A stretch of DNA of 64,000 nt, taken from positions 8,739-72,738 of IMG/VR virus record IMGVR_UViG_3300032053_000049; one strand, written 5' to 3'. Both the position numbers and the translations under genes were made by a program. Below are positions 10,061 through 20,916 of this stretch, piece by piece (within the stretch, counting starts at the first letter, position 1; the number at the start of each line of letters is the position of its first letter). The notes beneath the pieces are model-generated. The model saw only the letters and a program-made list of their open reading frames with translations, did no database searches and was not told the origin of the DNA. The stretch comes from a virus.

Positions 10061-12355
10061 TCATGGATCATCATGTTTAACATTCGGAAGACCAGCGCCG
10101 TCAAGAGTAAAATATATATGTCTGTTATATATTGTTACTAATGATTGTTTTGTTCCTATAGGATTATTAGTACCACTAGGATCTATACTAAATGAACCAG
10201 TAGATAAATAAATATATTTATCATCATGTCGTAAATCGGCAATTTGTGTGGTAGCAAGTCTTCCACTATTAGAACTCAATCCCAATTTTGTTACAAATCT
10301 ACTAGAACTTATTTCGTCGGTCGGCCTCTGTATCATTTCAGGAATGTAAAGTTGTCCTACACTAATTATTATACTTCCTGCTGTATCCGTTATAGTTCCA
10401 GTAACAGTTAAATCACCAACAATATTAGTGCTTCCAGAAGTGCTACCAGGAATATATGGAATTAATGAACTTCCTGATGGATCGAAATTTTGAAGAATAT
10501 TTAAATCGGAATATACTAGATTATGATTGATATCAAATAATTCTGATTTAATAACAAAAGTTTCATTTGCTACGCTTATTGACCAAGGAACTCTTGTTGT
10601 AAATACATCAGGAGAAAAACCATCATCTCCATATACTCTAAAAGATATATTTTTTAAATATGGTTTACATTTATAAGGAACAATAACCATCGTTCCATAT
10701 AAATCATTTTTCGGAGTAAAAAAGAAATATTGTTTATCAAAATTACTTAATATACCCACTTTATTAGCAACTATTGTTCCTAATAATATTCCGTGTTTGT
10801 TATTATAATTTGAATGAAGAGCAGCCTCAGGAACAGAACTAGTTAAATAAAATTTAAGTGAAGCATCAACGGAAGTGGATTCTTTTTCTATAGATGTATC
10901 CACCTGTAAAATATATTGAACTCCCGATTTCAATTCTAAAAAGTTTGAATCATAAGCAGATCCAGACGTAGCATTAAATTGATAAGAATTATAAGGCACA
11001 TAAATGGCATTTCTATTACTACTAACAGAATCATTTTTTACAATAGCATATTCATTTCCATCCCACATACTGTAAGTTGTGGCAGTTAAATGACATGAAT
11101 CTATAAAATTACTTGGAGAGTGTGACATTCCTACATATTGACTACTCGTAAACCAATATCTACCTATATGTTCATCGTTATAAAATTTTCCTAATAATTC
11201 ATAAAATTTATTTTGTGTTAAATTATCTCTGAGTAATTCATTTACAAACAAAGGTTCATCCGAAATTATAGAATAATCTGCATTAGAAACCAAACTTTTA
11301 CGATATAATTTATGACGAGCAAGAAATCCAGTAAATGTTCTGATATTTCTATAAGTTAGATCAGCATAAGATTGTTTTACTATAAAAGAAACACCACCTA
11401 TAGCCGAAGTTTGATAACTTGATGTTTCATTATTATAAGAAATATAAGGATATGTTATATTAAAATTTGTATCATTAATATTTGTTAGAATTATATTATT
11501 TTTTGTATCACTATAATAATAAGGATCTTGAAATTTAGCTGTTTTATTATCCACTATCTCCGAAATAATAAAAGAAGCCGTTCTTACTGTTGGTATAATA
11601 TATGCGTTAGAATAAGGAACTTGGATGGTATTAATATATAACGTAACTGTAGATCCAATCATTTGAGAATTAAAAGCATCTTTATCATTTACAGGATTTG
11701 ATGGTATAACTGGATATGTACAAACTAATCTATAATCTACATTTATATTTCTTCGATTTATTGAAGGTAAAATCGTATCCTTGGGAGGATCTACTGATAT
11801 ACCGTATCCTCCTCCATTAAATACTATAGTTTCTTTTAATGTAGAAGTAACATTACTACTTATAACAGGAACCAAAATAGAATCAATTTCTATAGTTGGT
11901 CTGGCATAAAAACGAACTTTGGATGAATTTTGAAGAGTTTTATCGATGGTGATGTTTTGCTGCCATTTTACTGTTCTTCCATCAATTAAAGTTCCAAAAC
12001 ATATTAATTTACCAATACCATCTGACGTATCATTATATACATGAATAGATAAAACAAATGATGTTGCCTCTTTATAAGCATATGTTCTAGCCGCTTCATC
12101 TGTAACCTTGGCCATTTCAATATAGAGATTATTTCCAGCAGAATCTATACATTCTACAATAATCTCTGAACCTGTTTTAAGGAAGGAGGAACCATTTAAG
12201 GCAAAAGCGTTTCTACCGGCCGTAAATTTTGGATTGAACTCGCTGATTATAAAATACCGCGATAAATACTGAGTATCATTTACATCTGCTCGACGAGTCA
12301 ATAAACCATAATAAATTCCTTTACGTCCAAAACTATCTAATAAATTCAATGACAT
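10061..12355 (-). CDS. Putative virion structural protein
   Basis: 764 aa, beta-rich S/T/N composition, TATTTAT motif just upstream. Confidence 0.6.
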   Translation of the reverse strand: MSLNLLDSFGRKGIYYGLLTRRADVNDTQYLSRYFIISEFNPKFTAGRNAFALNGSSFLKTGSEIIVECIDSAGNNLYIEMAKVTDEAARTYAYKEATSFVLSIHVYNDTSDGIGKLICFGTLIDGRTVKWQQNITIDKTLQNSSKVRFYARPTIEIDSILVPVISSNVTSTLKETIVFNGGGYGISVDPPKDTILPSINRRNINVDYRLVCTYPVIPSNPVNDKDAFNSQMIGSTVTLYINTIQVPYSNAYIIPTVRTASFIISEIVDNKTAKFQDPYYYSDTKNNIILTNINDTNFNITYPYISYNNETSSYQTSAIGGVSFIVKQSYADLTYRNIRTFTGFLARHKLYRKSLVSNADYSIISDEPLFVNELLRDNLTQNKFYELLGKFYNDEHIGRYWFTSSQYVGMSHSPSNFIDSCHLTATTYSMWDGNEYAIVKNDSVSSNRNAIYVPYNSYQFNATSGSAYDSNFLELKSGVQYILQVDTSIEKESTSVDASLKFYLTSSVPEAALHSNYNNKHGILLGTIVANKVGILSNFDKQYFFFTPKNDLYGTMVIVPYKCKPYLKNISFRVYGDDGFSPDVFTTRVPWSISVANETFVIKSELFDINHNLVYSDLNILQNFDPSGSSLIPYIPGSTSGSTNIVGDLTVTGTITDTAGSIIISVGQLYIPEMIQRPTDEISSSRFVTKLGLSSNSGRLATTQIADLRHDDKYIYLSTGSFSIDPSGTNNPIGTKQSLVTIYNRHIYFTLDGAGLPNVKHDDP

Positions 12356-12359
12356 ATGT

Positions 12360-12367
12360 TATAAATA
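12360..12367 (-). promoter_or_regulatory. Putative late-promoter motif TATTTATA (representative copy)
   Basis: 4 nt upstream of ATG at 12355; the same motif recurs before many genes (see findings). Confidence 0.6.
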
Positions 12368-12475
12368 CATATGGTAATATAGTTTTAACTGTTTAAATAT
12401 GATACAGCAGATTCCATTAAAAGATTACATTTGTGGCATAGAATAATTTATAATTAAGAGAAATGTCTAACAAAA

Positions 12476-15400
12476 TTAAATATATTGTATTTTTGAAAAT
12501 CCATCTTTTTTAGTTATCTCTATATTATCATTAGATATATCCTTAATAGAATCAATATGCGACACTATGATAATATAATCGAAAAAAGTTTTCAGATATG
12601 AAAAAAATGTACTCATAGATGATAAATTTTCAGCATCTAAAACTCCACATGGTTCATCAAGGGCAAGAAAATTAGAACGCGGCAAATTACTCAGGCTAAT
12701 TAGGGCCACACGAATTGCTGTTGATAAAATAAACTGTTCCATCCCACTTCCAAGACTCATAAGCCATCGTCTTTCATCATATACAATGTAAGGAATGATA
12801 TTCTTACCATCGACATCAAATTTAGCGTGAAATTCTACAATTTGACTTAAAATACTATTAACTTCATTCTCAATGGCTGGTACCGCAGAACAAATAATTT
12901 CATAAGGAATTCCGTCTCGGCAAATAGATTGAACATAAAGATCATACGCTTTATATTGTTTTTCAACTTCTTTAACTTTAGAAATTTTATTTGTTAACTC
13001 TTCAATTTTAGAATGTAAAACGGAAGTTTTACCAATAAGAGTTCTAAGTAATTGATTTTGTTTATTTTCTTCATACGCAACCATAGACCATTTATTTTCT
13101 AATATATTACCAATCCTTTTAACTTCTATGTTATTAATAATGGATTCTTTATGATTATTAAATTCCACCAATTTCTTTTCAAATGATTCTAATAATATCT
13201 TCTTATTATCACGAGTTTTGATAGAATCCTCTTGTCTCTTAGTATATCCTAAATATTTTTCCTGAATATTCATTCTCTCTTTTAAAAGAAAATTATATGT
13301 TTTATTTTCTTCTTCGACCCATTTAATATCATCTATTTTCTTAATTGTGTTATTTTTACGTGTAACCAATTCTTCTATAATAGGTTTATATGTAATAAGA
13401 CGTTCATTCGATTTAGTTGCTTCAATAGAAATATTGTCAGCATTTTTTACACAAAATCCACAATTAGGATCAAATTGATAATTCTCCAATCGACCTGCCT
13501 TTTCTTTAAAAATTTTCGCTTCTGCTACTTTCTGTGATAATTCGATTTCTATTTGATTTTTCTCAACATTTAATTTTTGGTATTGTTCATACAACTTAAA
13601 AATATTCTTATCTTCTATTTTTTTAATTTTATTTCTAATATCAATCATAATATTATCACATTCCTTCATTTCTTTTTGTAAAGAATCTAAGGTTGATTGA
13701 TATTGTAAAATTAAATGTTTATTTGATTCGATATCTTCTATAATATCTTTTTCTGATAAATTAGAAATTCCTTCTATTTTTATTAATTTAGCATTATTTT
13801 CAGTTACCAAACGTTGTAATTGTTCCTTTTTATCACATACAATTTTAAAGTTTTCATTCTCAATTTTAAAAAGCAATTCTACTTGAGATAAAGCATCAGA
13901 ATTTGTTTTTAAATCTTCCTCAAAATCTTCATTTTTATACACACGAAGAATGGAAATAATTTCATTCAATTTAGAATTGGCTTCTTCATGAAGAATATCA
14001 AAAACATTAAGACCTAAAAATTGTGCCAGTAAATCTTTTCGTCCTGAATCTCCAATATCAATAAATGAAGTTTCATATTTACCAGATCGTTGAACACTTA
14101 AACTGGTTAAAAGAAAATCTTCATAAGTGCCTACATAATTACGTATGGTAGAATTAGTATCTACTCTCTCCACTCCGGTAAGATTTTCTTCAACTCCATT
14201 TATCATTCTCCAAAATTTAACGTTAACCTTAACGTTGCCTTTTTTATCCATTTTACCAACTCTTTCGATGAAATAATGGATTTCGTTAATGTTAATCTCC
14301 AATTGTGCTCGACAACTCATTTTTTGATCATTGATAATATTATTGGTTTTAAAATCTCGTTCACATTTATCAAAAATACACCACGATAAAGAACTCATAA
14401 TACTACTTTTTCCTAAAGCATTTTTACCAAATATACCAACTAATCCATTCATTTTTGTAAAATCTATTATATTATTTTCTCCATAACTAAATAAATTATC
14501 CCATTCAAATTTAATAGGATTCCAACGAATATTTTTTGCTATATTATCGGTTTTTACTTCGTCATTAGTCTTATTATTAATATCAATTACTGTTTTAATC
14601 AATTCTTCATCTTTAATACCAAGTTTATTATTAAGATATTCTGTAATAAGTTTAATTTGATGTTCTTTATTTTTTATATCACCACGAATTAAATTTTCAG
14701 TTAAAGTTGTTTGTCTTTTTTCTTCATCCTTAACATTTTCTCTCGTATAAGTCGGTGGTTCTACAAATTCTGTAATTTCTTTTAATTTCTTTAAAACCTC
14801 TTTTGTTTCGGTTGGTAAAGTCTCATATAAAGATAATCTGATTCTTGATTTCTTGGGTATATCAGAAAGATCAGTTTTAATCTTTCCTTCATCAACTTTA
14901 ATCGTAAAATAACCATAATCATTTGGTATTTCTATGTGTTGATATGATTTTTCTTTAAGATTCCATAATGTATAACCATGTCCTTTTAAAGATTCTCCGT
15001 GATTTTGTTGGCATAAAGAGCCACAATATCGAATATATGGTTTATTTTGATCAAAATCATATTCTTGAAGAGTCTGTTGGAGGTGTATATCGCCAAGCAT
15101 GCAAATTTCGTGTCCATCAAACATTGAAAGAGGCATTGATTTATCAGATATTTTAAATCCTAAATCTGTAATTGCACCATCAACTTGTCCGTGATATAAA
15201 CAAATAAAATATTCATATTGATTTCTATAAATTGATGGTATATCTTTACCTTTCAAATATTTCTCCGATTCATCAAATATACTATAATTATTTATACAAA
15301 TATTACCTAATCCATATAAACCACTTTCTTTTAAATAAAATAAATTTGGATGATTAATTGCCTCAACAATTGGACTTAATGGATCTAATCTATGTTTATT

Positions 15401-15694
15401 GGCTAAATTTAAGTCGTGATTACCAGCAATTAAAATTGTAGGTCTTAAATCTGATAAACAACATAAAAACTCTTTTGCTAATTGAATACATTCCGCGGTT
15501 AAATCTAATTTTGAGTGAAATAAATCTCCACAAAAACAAATTAACGTTTCTTTCGGAGTTTCTTTTACTAAATAAAATAATCTTTGAAATACTTCACGAA
15601 ATTCATCGTGACGTTTTAAAAGCCTAATATGGCAATCCGCAATTTGAATAACAAAATCTATATTTTTAATTTTTGTATCTAATATCTTTATCAT
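12476..15694 (-). CDS. Fused SbcD(Mre11)-SbcC(Rad50) nuclease/ATPase (T4 gp47-gp46-like)
   Basis: N-terminal phosphoesterase motifs ADCH, GDLFH, GNHD, LGDIH; then Walker A GKNALGKSS, coiled coil with CGFC zinc hook, GSGME signature, LALDEP, VSH. Confidence 0.92.
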   Translation of the reverse strand: MIKILDTKIKNIDFVIQIADCHIRLLKRHDEFREVFQRLFYLVKETPKETLICFCGDLFHSKLDLTAECIQLAKEFLCCLSDLRPTILIAGNHDLNLANKHRLDPLSPIVEAINHPNLFYLKESGLYGLGNICINNYSIFDESEKYLKGKDIPSIYRNQYEYFICLYHGQVDGAITDLGFKISDKSMPLSMFDGHEICMLGDIHLQQTLQEYDFDQNKPYIRYCGSLCQQNHGESLKGHGYTLWNLKEKSYQHIEIPNDYGYFTIKVDEGKIKTDLSDIPKKSRIRLSLYETLPTETKEVLKKLKEITEFVEPPTYTRENVKDEEKRQTTLTENLIRGDIKNKEHQIKLITEYLNNKLGIKDEELIKTVIDINNKTNDEVKTDNIAKNIRWNPIKFEWDNLFSYGENNIIDFTKMNGLVGIFGKNALGKSSIMSSLSWCIFDKCERDFKTNNIINDQKMSCRAQLEININEIHYFIERVGKMDKKGNVKVNVKFWRMINGVEENLTGVERVDTNSTIRNYVGTYEDFLLTSLSVQRSGKYETSFIDIGDSGRKDLLAQFLGLNVFDILHEEANSKLNEIISILRVYKNEDFEEDLKTNSDALSQVELLFKIENENFKIVCDKKEQLQRLVTENNAKLIKIEGISNLSEKDIIEDIESNKHLILQYQSTLDSLQKEMKECDNIMIDIRNKIKKIEDKNIFKLYEQYQKLNVEKNQIEIELSQKVAEAKIFKEKAGRLENYQFDPNCGFCVKNADNISIEATKSNERLITYKPIIEELVTRKNNTIKKIDDIKWVEEENKTYNFLLKERMNIQEKYLGYTKRQEDSIKTRDNKKILLESFEKKLVEFNNHKESIINNIEVKRIGNILENKWSMVAYEENKQNQLLRTLIGKTSVLHSKIEELTNKISKVKEVEKQYKAYDLYVQSICRDGIPYEIICSAVPAIENEVNSILSQIVEFHAKFDVDGKNIIPYIVYDERRWLMSLGSGMEQFILSTAIRVALISLSNLPRSNFLALDEPCGVLDAENLSSMSTFFSYLKTFFDYIIIVSHIDSIKDISNDNIEITKKDGFSKIQYI

Positions 15695-15707
15695 AACTTA
15701 TTTTGTT

Positions 15708-16676
15708 TTATTCTATAAAATTTACACCTGAATTATAATCAATCATAATATTTTTTTTCTCTTCCAACAAAATAAAATTACATTTAAGATAATTTTTTAT
15801 TTCATTTGTTCTATTTAAATCTTTTTTCTTTATATTTCCATCTTTATCATAATGGTGATGATTATTTTCAAAATATTCTATTACTATATTTTTTTCTTTA
15901 TCATAACCATCAACCCAATAACCTAATTCCTTAATATAATATTCTCCGCCATTCATTGCATGCTGAAAATTATATCCATTTTTCTTTCCATATTCATCTA
16001 TCAACTTACAAGCATTTATATTAAAATTAGGTTTTAATTGATGTCCACCATTTTTAATTTTTTCTACTCTTTTTATATGAGATAATCTAACTTTTCTTTT
16101 GTGTTCTTCAGATAATGGTTTATGATTTCCATAATTTGGATTTTTTTCTCCGTTCCAACGGCCAGTTCTAATGGCTAATATTTTCATTTTTTTAATAGTT
16201 TCGTCTGAATAAGGATTTTTTTTCCCTTTATTCCAGGCATCTAATCCATAGGTTGGACTTAATGAACCAGACATTCCATACATTGGATGTAAAGAACCAA
16301 TCCTTCCATAACAAGGATTATTTTCTCCTTTATTCTTTTCAGAAAGTTTTTTTCTTGTTTCATTAGATGGGTGTCTTCCTAGCATTCTTTCTCTTTGTTT
16401 TTGCTTTTGATCTTCAGATATTTTTTGTCCTTTATGACAAAGAGATGAAGCACACGATTTACAAATATAAGGTTCTTTTGATTCTTTATAATATCTGTAA
16501 TTTAAAAATGTGTGAATATATCCACATTTAATACATTTTTTATCCAACGTTCCTTTATATCCCCTTCGCCTTGACGCACAGGCCCTACAGGTTCTATTAT
16601 ACTTGATACTTTCATTATATTGACCAACAGATTTATATTCTATTACTTTATTACATTGTGGGCATATCTTTATCAT
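15708..16676 (-). CDS. Free-standing homing-type endonuclease (Zn ribbons, NUMOD3-like repeats, C-terminal PD-(D/E)XK-like domain)
   Basis: CxxC pairs, HPSNETRKKLSE-type repeats, YWVDGYDKEKNIVIEY; paralogous to 40823-41779. Confidence 0.8.
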   Translation of the reverse strand: MIKICPQCNKVIEYKSVGQYNESIKYNRTCRACASRRRGYKGTLDKKCIKCGYIHTFLNYRYYKESKEPYICKSCASSLCHKGQKISEDQKQKQRERMLGRHPSNETRKKLSEKNKGENNPCYGRIGSLHPMYGMSGSLSPTYGLDAWNKGKKNPYSDETIKKMKILAIRTGRWNGEKNPNYGNHKPLSEEHKRKVRLSHIKRVEKIKNGGHQLKPNFNINACKLIDEYGKKNGYNFQHAMNGGEYYIKELGYWVDGYDKEKNIVIEYFENNHHHYDKDGNIKKKDLNRTNEIKNYLKCNFILLEEKKNIMIDYNSGVNFIE

Positions 16677-16708
16677 ATATCTAATTATCCTTCAACAATA
16701 AATATAAA

Positions 16709-17653
16709 TCATTTACAATTTATTCTCATTTTTTCTTTAATTATAAAGGAAAAATCTACTTTTTTAGCATCTTTTATCAACTTATTCATTTCTATAAACC
16801 CAATTTCATTCGGATCTTTTTTTGTTAATTTTACAAATTTTATATTATTTAATCCCAATTTTAAAAATTCTTCACAAATACGAATAGAATCTCTTTCAGC
16901 ATCTTTATCTAAACAAACATTAACAGAAACATTAGTTTGTATTAAACGTTCTAATAAAGAATCTGATATGGTTTTTCCAAATAAAGGAATAGAATTATTT
17001 CTTATAGTTATCGCATTAAATGGAGATTCTACAATAGTCACCGGTTCATTCCAATTTATAAAAACCTCAAAACCAACAATATCTTTTGTCCAAGGAGAAA
17101 GCATATATTTAAACGGTGATTCTCCAGAAAAATCTCGTGCTGAGAAAAAATTTAAATTTCCATCTTTATCGTAAGAAGGAATTATAATACGTTTAGCATA
17201 TTCTCCCCATTCACAATAACCGATATTATATCTTATAACGTCATTTTTTGTAACCCCCCGTTCATTTAGATAATACCAAGCATTTCCATATAAAAATGAA
17301 TCGGATTTACATATCATTGATTTGAATTCTTTTGGAAGAACGTGAATTTCTTCAGGTTGAAACTCTTTTTTTTCACGATAAACGTTTCCAATTATCGAAA
17401 ATAATTCTTCTATATACTGTTTTGGGGCATGAAGTTTAAAAAATAAACTTTTTAAAGTGGTACCTCGAGCATGACAAATCCAACAATGATAAGATCCAAA
17501 GTCTACACCATCAAGACAAATTTCAAGTTTAGGAACCTTTTTCTGTTCAAAACAAAAAGGACAATGTACCATAGCTTGAACATAATTACGAAGCTTTACA
17601 TTTTGATTCAATACTCTACTAAGTAAAGAAACAAGTTTTTCCTGTTGTAGCAT
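16709..17653 (-). CDS. DNA primase (DnaG-like, Zn finger plus TOPRIM)
   Basis: HCPFC...HCWIC, YLNERG, RIIIPSYD, FFSAR, IVES, CLDKDA, KDPNE. Confidence 0.88.
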   Translation of the reverse strand: MLQQEKLVSLLSRVLNQNVKLRNYVQAMVHCPFCFEQKKVPKLEICLDGVDFGSYHCWICHARGTTLKSLFFKLHAPKQYIEELFSIIGNVYREKKEFQPEEIHVLPKEFKSMICKSDSFLYGNAWYYLNERGVTKNDVIRYNIGYCEWGEYAKRIIIPSYDKDGNLNFFSARDFSGESPFKYMLSPWTKDIVGFEVFINWNEPVTIVESPFNAITIRNNSIPLFGKTISDSLLERLIQTNVSVNVCLDKDAERDSIRICEEFLKLGLNNIKFVKLTKKDPNEIGFIEMNKLIKDAKKVDFSFIIKEKMRINCK

Positions 17654-17662
17654 TATGGAGGT

Positions 17663-17690
17663 ACAATATCAGAATTGATAGAAGAGTCAA
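17663..17690 (-). promoter_or_regulatory. Sigma70-like promoter of primase
   Basis: TTGACT-16 nt-TATTGT with TG extended -10 on the minus strand. Confidence 0.5.
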
Positions 17691-17705
17691 TTTTTTATAG
17701 GTTAT

Positions 17706-18854
17706 TTATGCAAAACTGGATGATCGCCATGAAGTTCCGTTATAAACATATAATAAATTACTCGAACTATCAAAAGTCATTAAACCTTTTGTCGGGGTTA
17801 ATACAGGAGAACCACTAATAACAGGAATAACCATTGTATTAGGAGCATATATTGAAGCAGTAATAACACTACAGGAGATATTACCATAAATATCCAGTAT
17901 ATTTACCGCTGTTGTTCCACCGATAGTTACTTTAACAGCATCTGCACCACCAGCAGCACCACCTATAACGCAGGTATTACTACTAGAAACTTTTGCGTTA
18001 TAACCAATTGCAATACTTCTTTCAACATTAAGATTTGCATTCAATGTATCAGCATATGAACCAACGAAGGTGGTATAACTTCCGGTTTTTGCCTGATTTC
18101 CAGCAAATGATCCAACTTGAGTTGCATTAGTTGCATTAGTTGAATATTGCCCAGTAAATGCTCCAACTTGCACAGCATTGGTTGCTGTAGTTGAACCGCC
18201 GCCGACTGAATTTCCAATTTGAACGGCGTCAGTTGCATCAACGGCATTTTGTCCAGCAGATACTCCAATTTGAACTGCGTTGCTCGCAGTAGATGTATTA
18301 GCTCCTGCAAGTGCGCCCACTTGAACAGCATAATTAGCAATTGTTGTGTTTACTCCTGCCTGTATTCCTATTTGAACAGCGTTACTTGCCGTAGCAGAGT
18401 TATTTCCTGCTCCCCATCCAACTTGAACGGCTCCATCAGTCTTTTTGTTAGTAGTTGGCGGTGCATCGCCCGTTCCAATTTGCACCGTGTTTGTAGAAGT
18501 CACTCCCTCACTCATACCACCAATTGACGCTCCATCACGAACTATGAGAGTTACTGCATAAGAGGAAGATGATGCTAATATTGCGGAAGAAGCCCACGAT
18601 GAAGATATAGAAAACGAAGATGTTCGTGAAAACGATGAAGTTATAGCAAACGAAGATGTGCCTGCTAAAGATGCGGTTTCTGCATATGAAGATGACGTTT
18701 CATAAATAATTTCGTAAGAAGCAGATATTGCTTGAGATGCTGTAATATTGACATTGATAACTGCTGAACCAGTTCCATTATATAGATAACCATCCTCGAT
18801 AGTCACCAAAAATGGATATGTGTCTATTGGTCTTTTTCCTCTTAAATCTTTCAT
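17706..18854 (-). CDS. Tail fibre/adhesin-like protein with 17-aa beta-roll repeats
   Basis: S/T-A/S-S-aromatic-A repeats, then about eight AVQ(I/V)G repeats resembling YadA-head-type rolls. Confidence 0.65.
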   Translation of the reverse strand: MKDLRGKRPIDTYPFLVTIEDGYLYNGTGSAVINVNITASQAISASYEIIYETSSSYAETASLAGTSSFAITSSFSRTSSFSISSSWASSAILASSSSYAVTLIVRDGASIGGMSEGVTSTNTVQIGTGDAPPTTNKKTDGAVQVGWGAGNNSATASNAVQIGIQAGVNTTIANYAVQVGALAGANTSTASNAVQIGVSAGQNAVDATDAVQIGNSVGGGSTTATNAVQVGAFTGQYSTNATNATQVGSFAGNQAKTGSYTTFVGSYADTLNANLNVERSIAIGYNAKVSSSNTCVIGGAAGGADAVKVTIGGTTAVNILDIYGNISCSVITASIYAPNTMVIPVISGSPVLTPTKGLMTFDSSSNLLYVYNGTSWRSSSFA

Positions 18855-18860
18855 ATATGG

Positions 18861-18868
18861 TATAAATA
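18861..18868 (-). promoter_or_regulatory. Putative late-promoter motif TATTTATA
   Basis: 6 nt upstream of ATG at 18854. Confidence 0.6.
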
Positions 18869-18918
18869 GTAAGAAGGAAGACTTAATTTAGTTTCTTATT
18901 ACAAACTCTCTAAGATTA

Positions 18919-19323
18919 TTATTTTCTATTTCTTATCCTAATATTAACGATTTCATTATAATAATTAACATCAAAAATAGCGTTTTTATCTATTATCTCC
19001 TTGGTTTCAAAATACGATAATAACATCTTAGATGGTTGGAACGATAAGATTTCAAAGGAAAAATTCTCTTTACCAAATTTGATTATGTCTTTATTAAGTT
19101 TATTACTACTTCCACAGTATATTTTCCAGTCACTCTCAATTAGATAACGTCGAGCATTTATCCTACCTTTTAAAGGTTTTCTTTTCTTTTTGTTTTGAAG
19201 AAGCTTTTTCCCTATATATTTTTTATCAATCAAAGTATTGGTTATTAAATAAATAAACCCAATCGAGTCGATTGGGATTTCTTGTGAGTTATTTGGATGT
19301 AATTTCCAATGTCCAAAATTCAT
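18919..19323 (-). CDS. Small GIY-YIG endonuclease (T4 endonuclease II-like)
   Basis: GFIYLITN...KKYIGKK, YCGSS, conserved E and YYN. Confidence 0.8.
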   Translation of the reverse strand: MNFGHWKLHPNNSQEIPIDSIGFIYLITNTLIDKKYIGKKLLQNKKKRKPLKGRINARRYLIESDWKIYCGSSNKLNKDIIKFGKENFSFEILSFQPSKMLLSYFETKEIIDKNAIFDVNYYNEIVNIRIRNRK

Positions 19324-19341
19324 AACTTATTTTTAAATCAA

Positions 19342-19620
19342 TTATGGTTTATATTTTCGGTTACTCAAACCTTGAGAATCTACAAAATTTAATGCTTTAG
19401 CTTTAAATTCGGTAAGAAGAAAAGCCATCTTGGTTTTAAATCCAGAAGGCGTCCATTCGGATGATTGATAACTCGAATTACCAGCTTTTGATAAGGATGA
19501 ATGCTTGCCAGAGGTTTCAATATCTTTAGCATCAAAAGCTCCACCAACGCGTTGAGTTTTATAACGACCTTCCAATGTTGTTTCTAATGAATCTCTTTCA
19601 ATTGATGTTTGTGCGGGCAT
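19342..19620 (-). CDS. Hypothetical protein
   Basis: 92-aa ORF with TATTTATA at 19642-19649 upstream. Confidence 0.65.
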   Translation of the reverse strand: MPAQTSIERDSLETTLEGRYKTQRVGGAFDAKDIETSGKHSSLSKAGNSSYQSSEWTPSGFKTKMAFLLTEFKAKALNFVDSQGLSNRKYKP

Positions 19621-19652
19621 ATGTTTATCTTTCTATTTATCTATAAATAGTA

Positions 19653-20795
19653 TCAAAAACTAATAATCTTTGGAATATTTACTTTCCCATCTTTATATTC
19701 TTTCCAATTGGATTCCCAAATGTATTTTATATCATAACCAACATTTTTTAATTTCAAAAATTTTTCTACAGTTTCATTATATAATTTTCCAAAGGTCTTT
19801 TTACAACGTTTATTCAAATCATCTTTATTATATTTCCAAGGATTTCCGTGCCAATAATCTCCAAGAAATTCATATATTGTATTTGTTTTTGGATCTAAAC
19901 CATCAACCTTTTTTTGAGATATACAAATTTGTCTATTGACATTATCAATTCCAATATAATCTAAAAATTCCATTTCTGGTTTAGAAATTCTATAACAAGA
20001 ACATTTAGGACAACCAAACCCATACCAATGGCTACTAGGTTTTTGTGAAAATTCTCCGTGAGTTGGACAAAGTATAATAACATTAGTATTACTGTTTATA
20101 TATACAACTCTACTATAATCATACTTTCTACCATGTATTAATCTTGATTTTTTAATAAAAATTTCATAATCAAAATTATAACGGCCATAACATATTGAAC
20201 ACCCTTGTCCATTTAAATGTGCATTTGGTTGTTGAAAAAATGGCCCGTGATTTGGACATATTATTTCAATTTTTTTATTGCTTTTCTCATAAATCACTTT
20301 ACTATAATCATACTTTCTACCATGTATTAATCTTGATTTTTTTATGAAATCATTTGTATTACTTTGAATATTATTTTTTATATAATTGTTAGTTCTTAAT
20401 CTAGCACAAACCGGACATCCCGCACCATTTAAATGATTATTTGGTGTTTGAGGAAACATCCCATGTAATTTACAAATTATTTTCACATTATTTTTATTAC
20501 CCAAATAATTAACTAAAGAATAATCGTATTTATTTCCATGAATTTTAATTGATTTTTCTATAAACTCCTTTTTGGTAGATAGTTGTTTTTTTATTTTTTC
20601 AATTTTCCCACAATTTGGACAGTTATGGAAACGCAAATGACTATTTGGTAATTGTAAAAATGTTCCGTGTATGGGACATATTATAATTATATATTTATTA
20701 CTTTTTTCATAAATAACACCGGAATAATCATACTTATCACTATGTATTTTCTTAGCTTTTTCTATAAATTGTTCAGTTGTTAATTTTCTTGGCAT
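19653..20795 (-). CDS. Free-standing endonuclease with four DUF723-like Zn repeats and a C-terminal nuclease domain
   Basis: Repeats KYDYS.V.Y...IICP.HG.F.Q.P..H...GCP.C; C-terminal VDGLDPKTNTIYEFLGDYWHG; internal DNA repeat at 20112 and 20301 (189-nt period). Confidence 0.82.
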   Translation of the reverse strand: MPRKLTTEQFIEKAKKIHSDKYDYSGVIYEKSNKYIIIICPIHGTFLQLPNSHLRFHNCPNCGKIEKIKKQLSTKKEFIEKSIKIHGNKYDYSLVNYLGNKNNVKIICKLHGMFPQTPNNHLNGAGCPVCARLRTNNYIKNNIQSNTNDFIKKSRLIHGRKYDYSKVIYEKSNKKIEIICPNHGPFFQQPNAHLNGQGCSICYGRYNFDYEIFIKKSRLIHGRKYDYSRVVYINSNTNVIILCPTHGEFSQKPSSHWYGFGCPKCSCYRISKPEMEFLDYIGIDNVNRQICISQKKVDGLDPKTNTIYEFLGDYWHGNPWKYNKDDLNKRCKKTFGKLYNETVEKFLKLKNVGYDIKYIWESNWKEYKDGKVNIPKIISF

Positions 20796-20916
20796 AATAT
20801 CTTTCTAAATTTTTCTTTCTAATTTTCTTAGCATTTTTCCAGTAATACCGCATATATTTGTCTTTATTGGCCTGTTGTTTTTCTTCGTTGGTGATATATT
20901 TTTTCTTTCTTCCCAT
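20773..20916 (-). CDS. Small basic protein (47 aa) overlapping the endonuclease start
   Basis: MGRKKKYITNEEKQQANKDKYMRYYWKNAKKIRKKNLERYYAKKINN; TATTTAT motif directly upstream of its ATG. Confidence 0.55.
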   Translation of the reverse strand: MGRKKKYITNEEKQQANKDKYMRYYWKNAKKIRKKNLERYYAKKINN

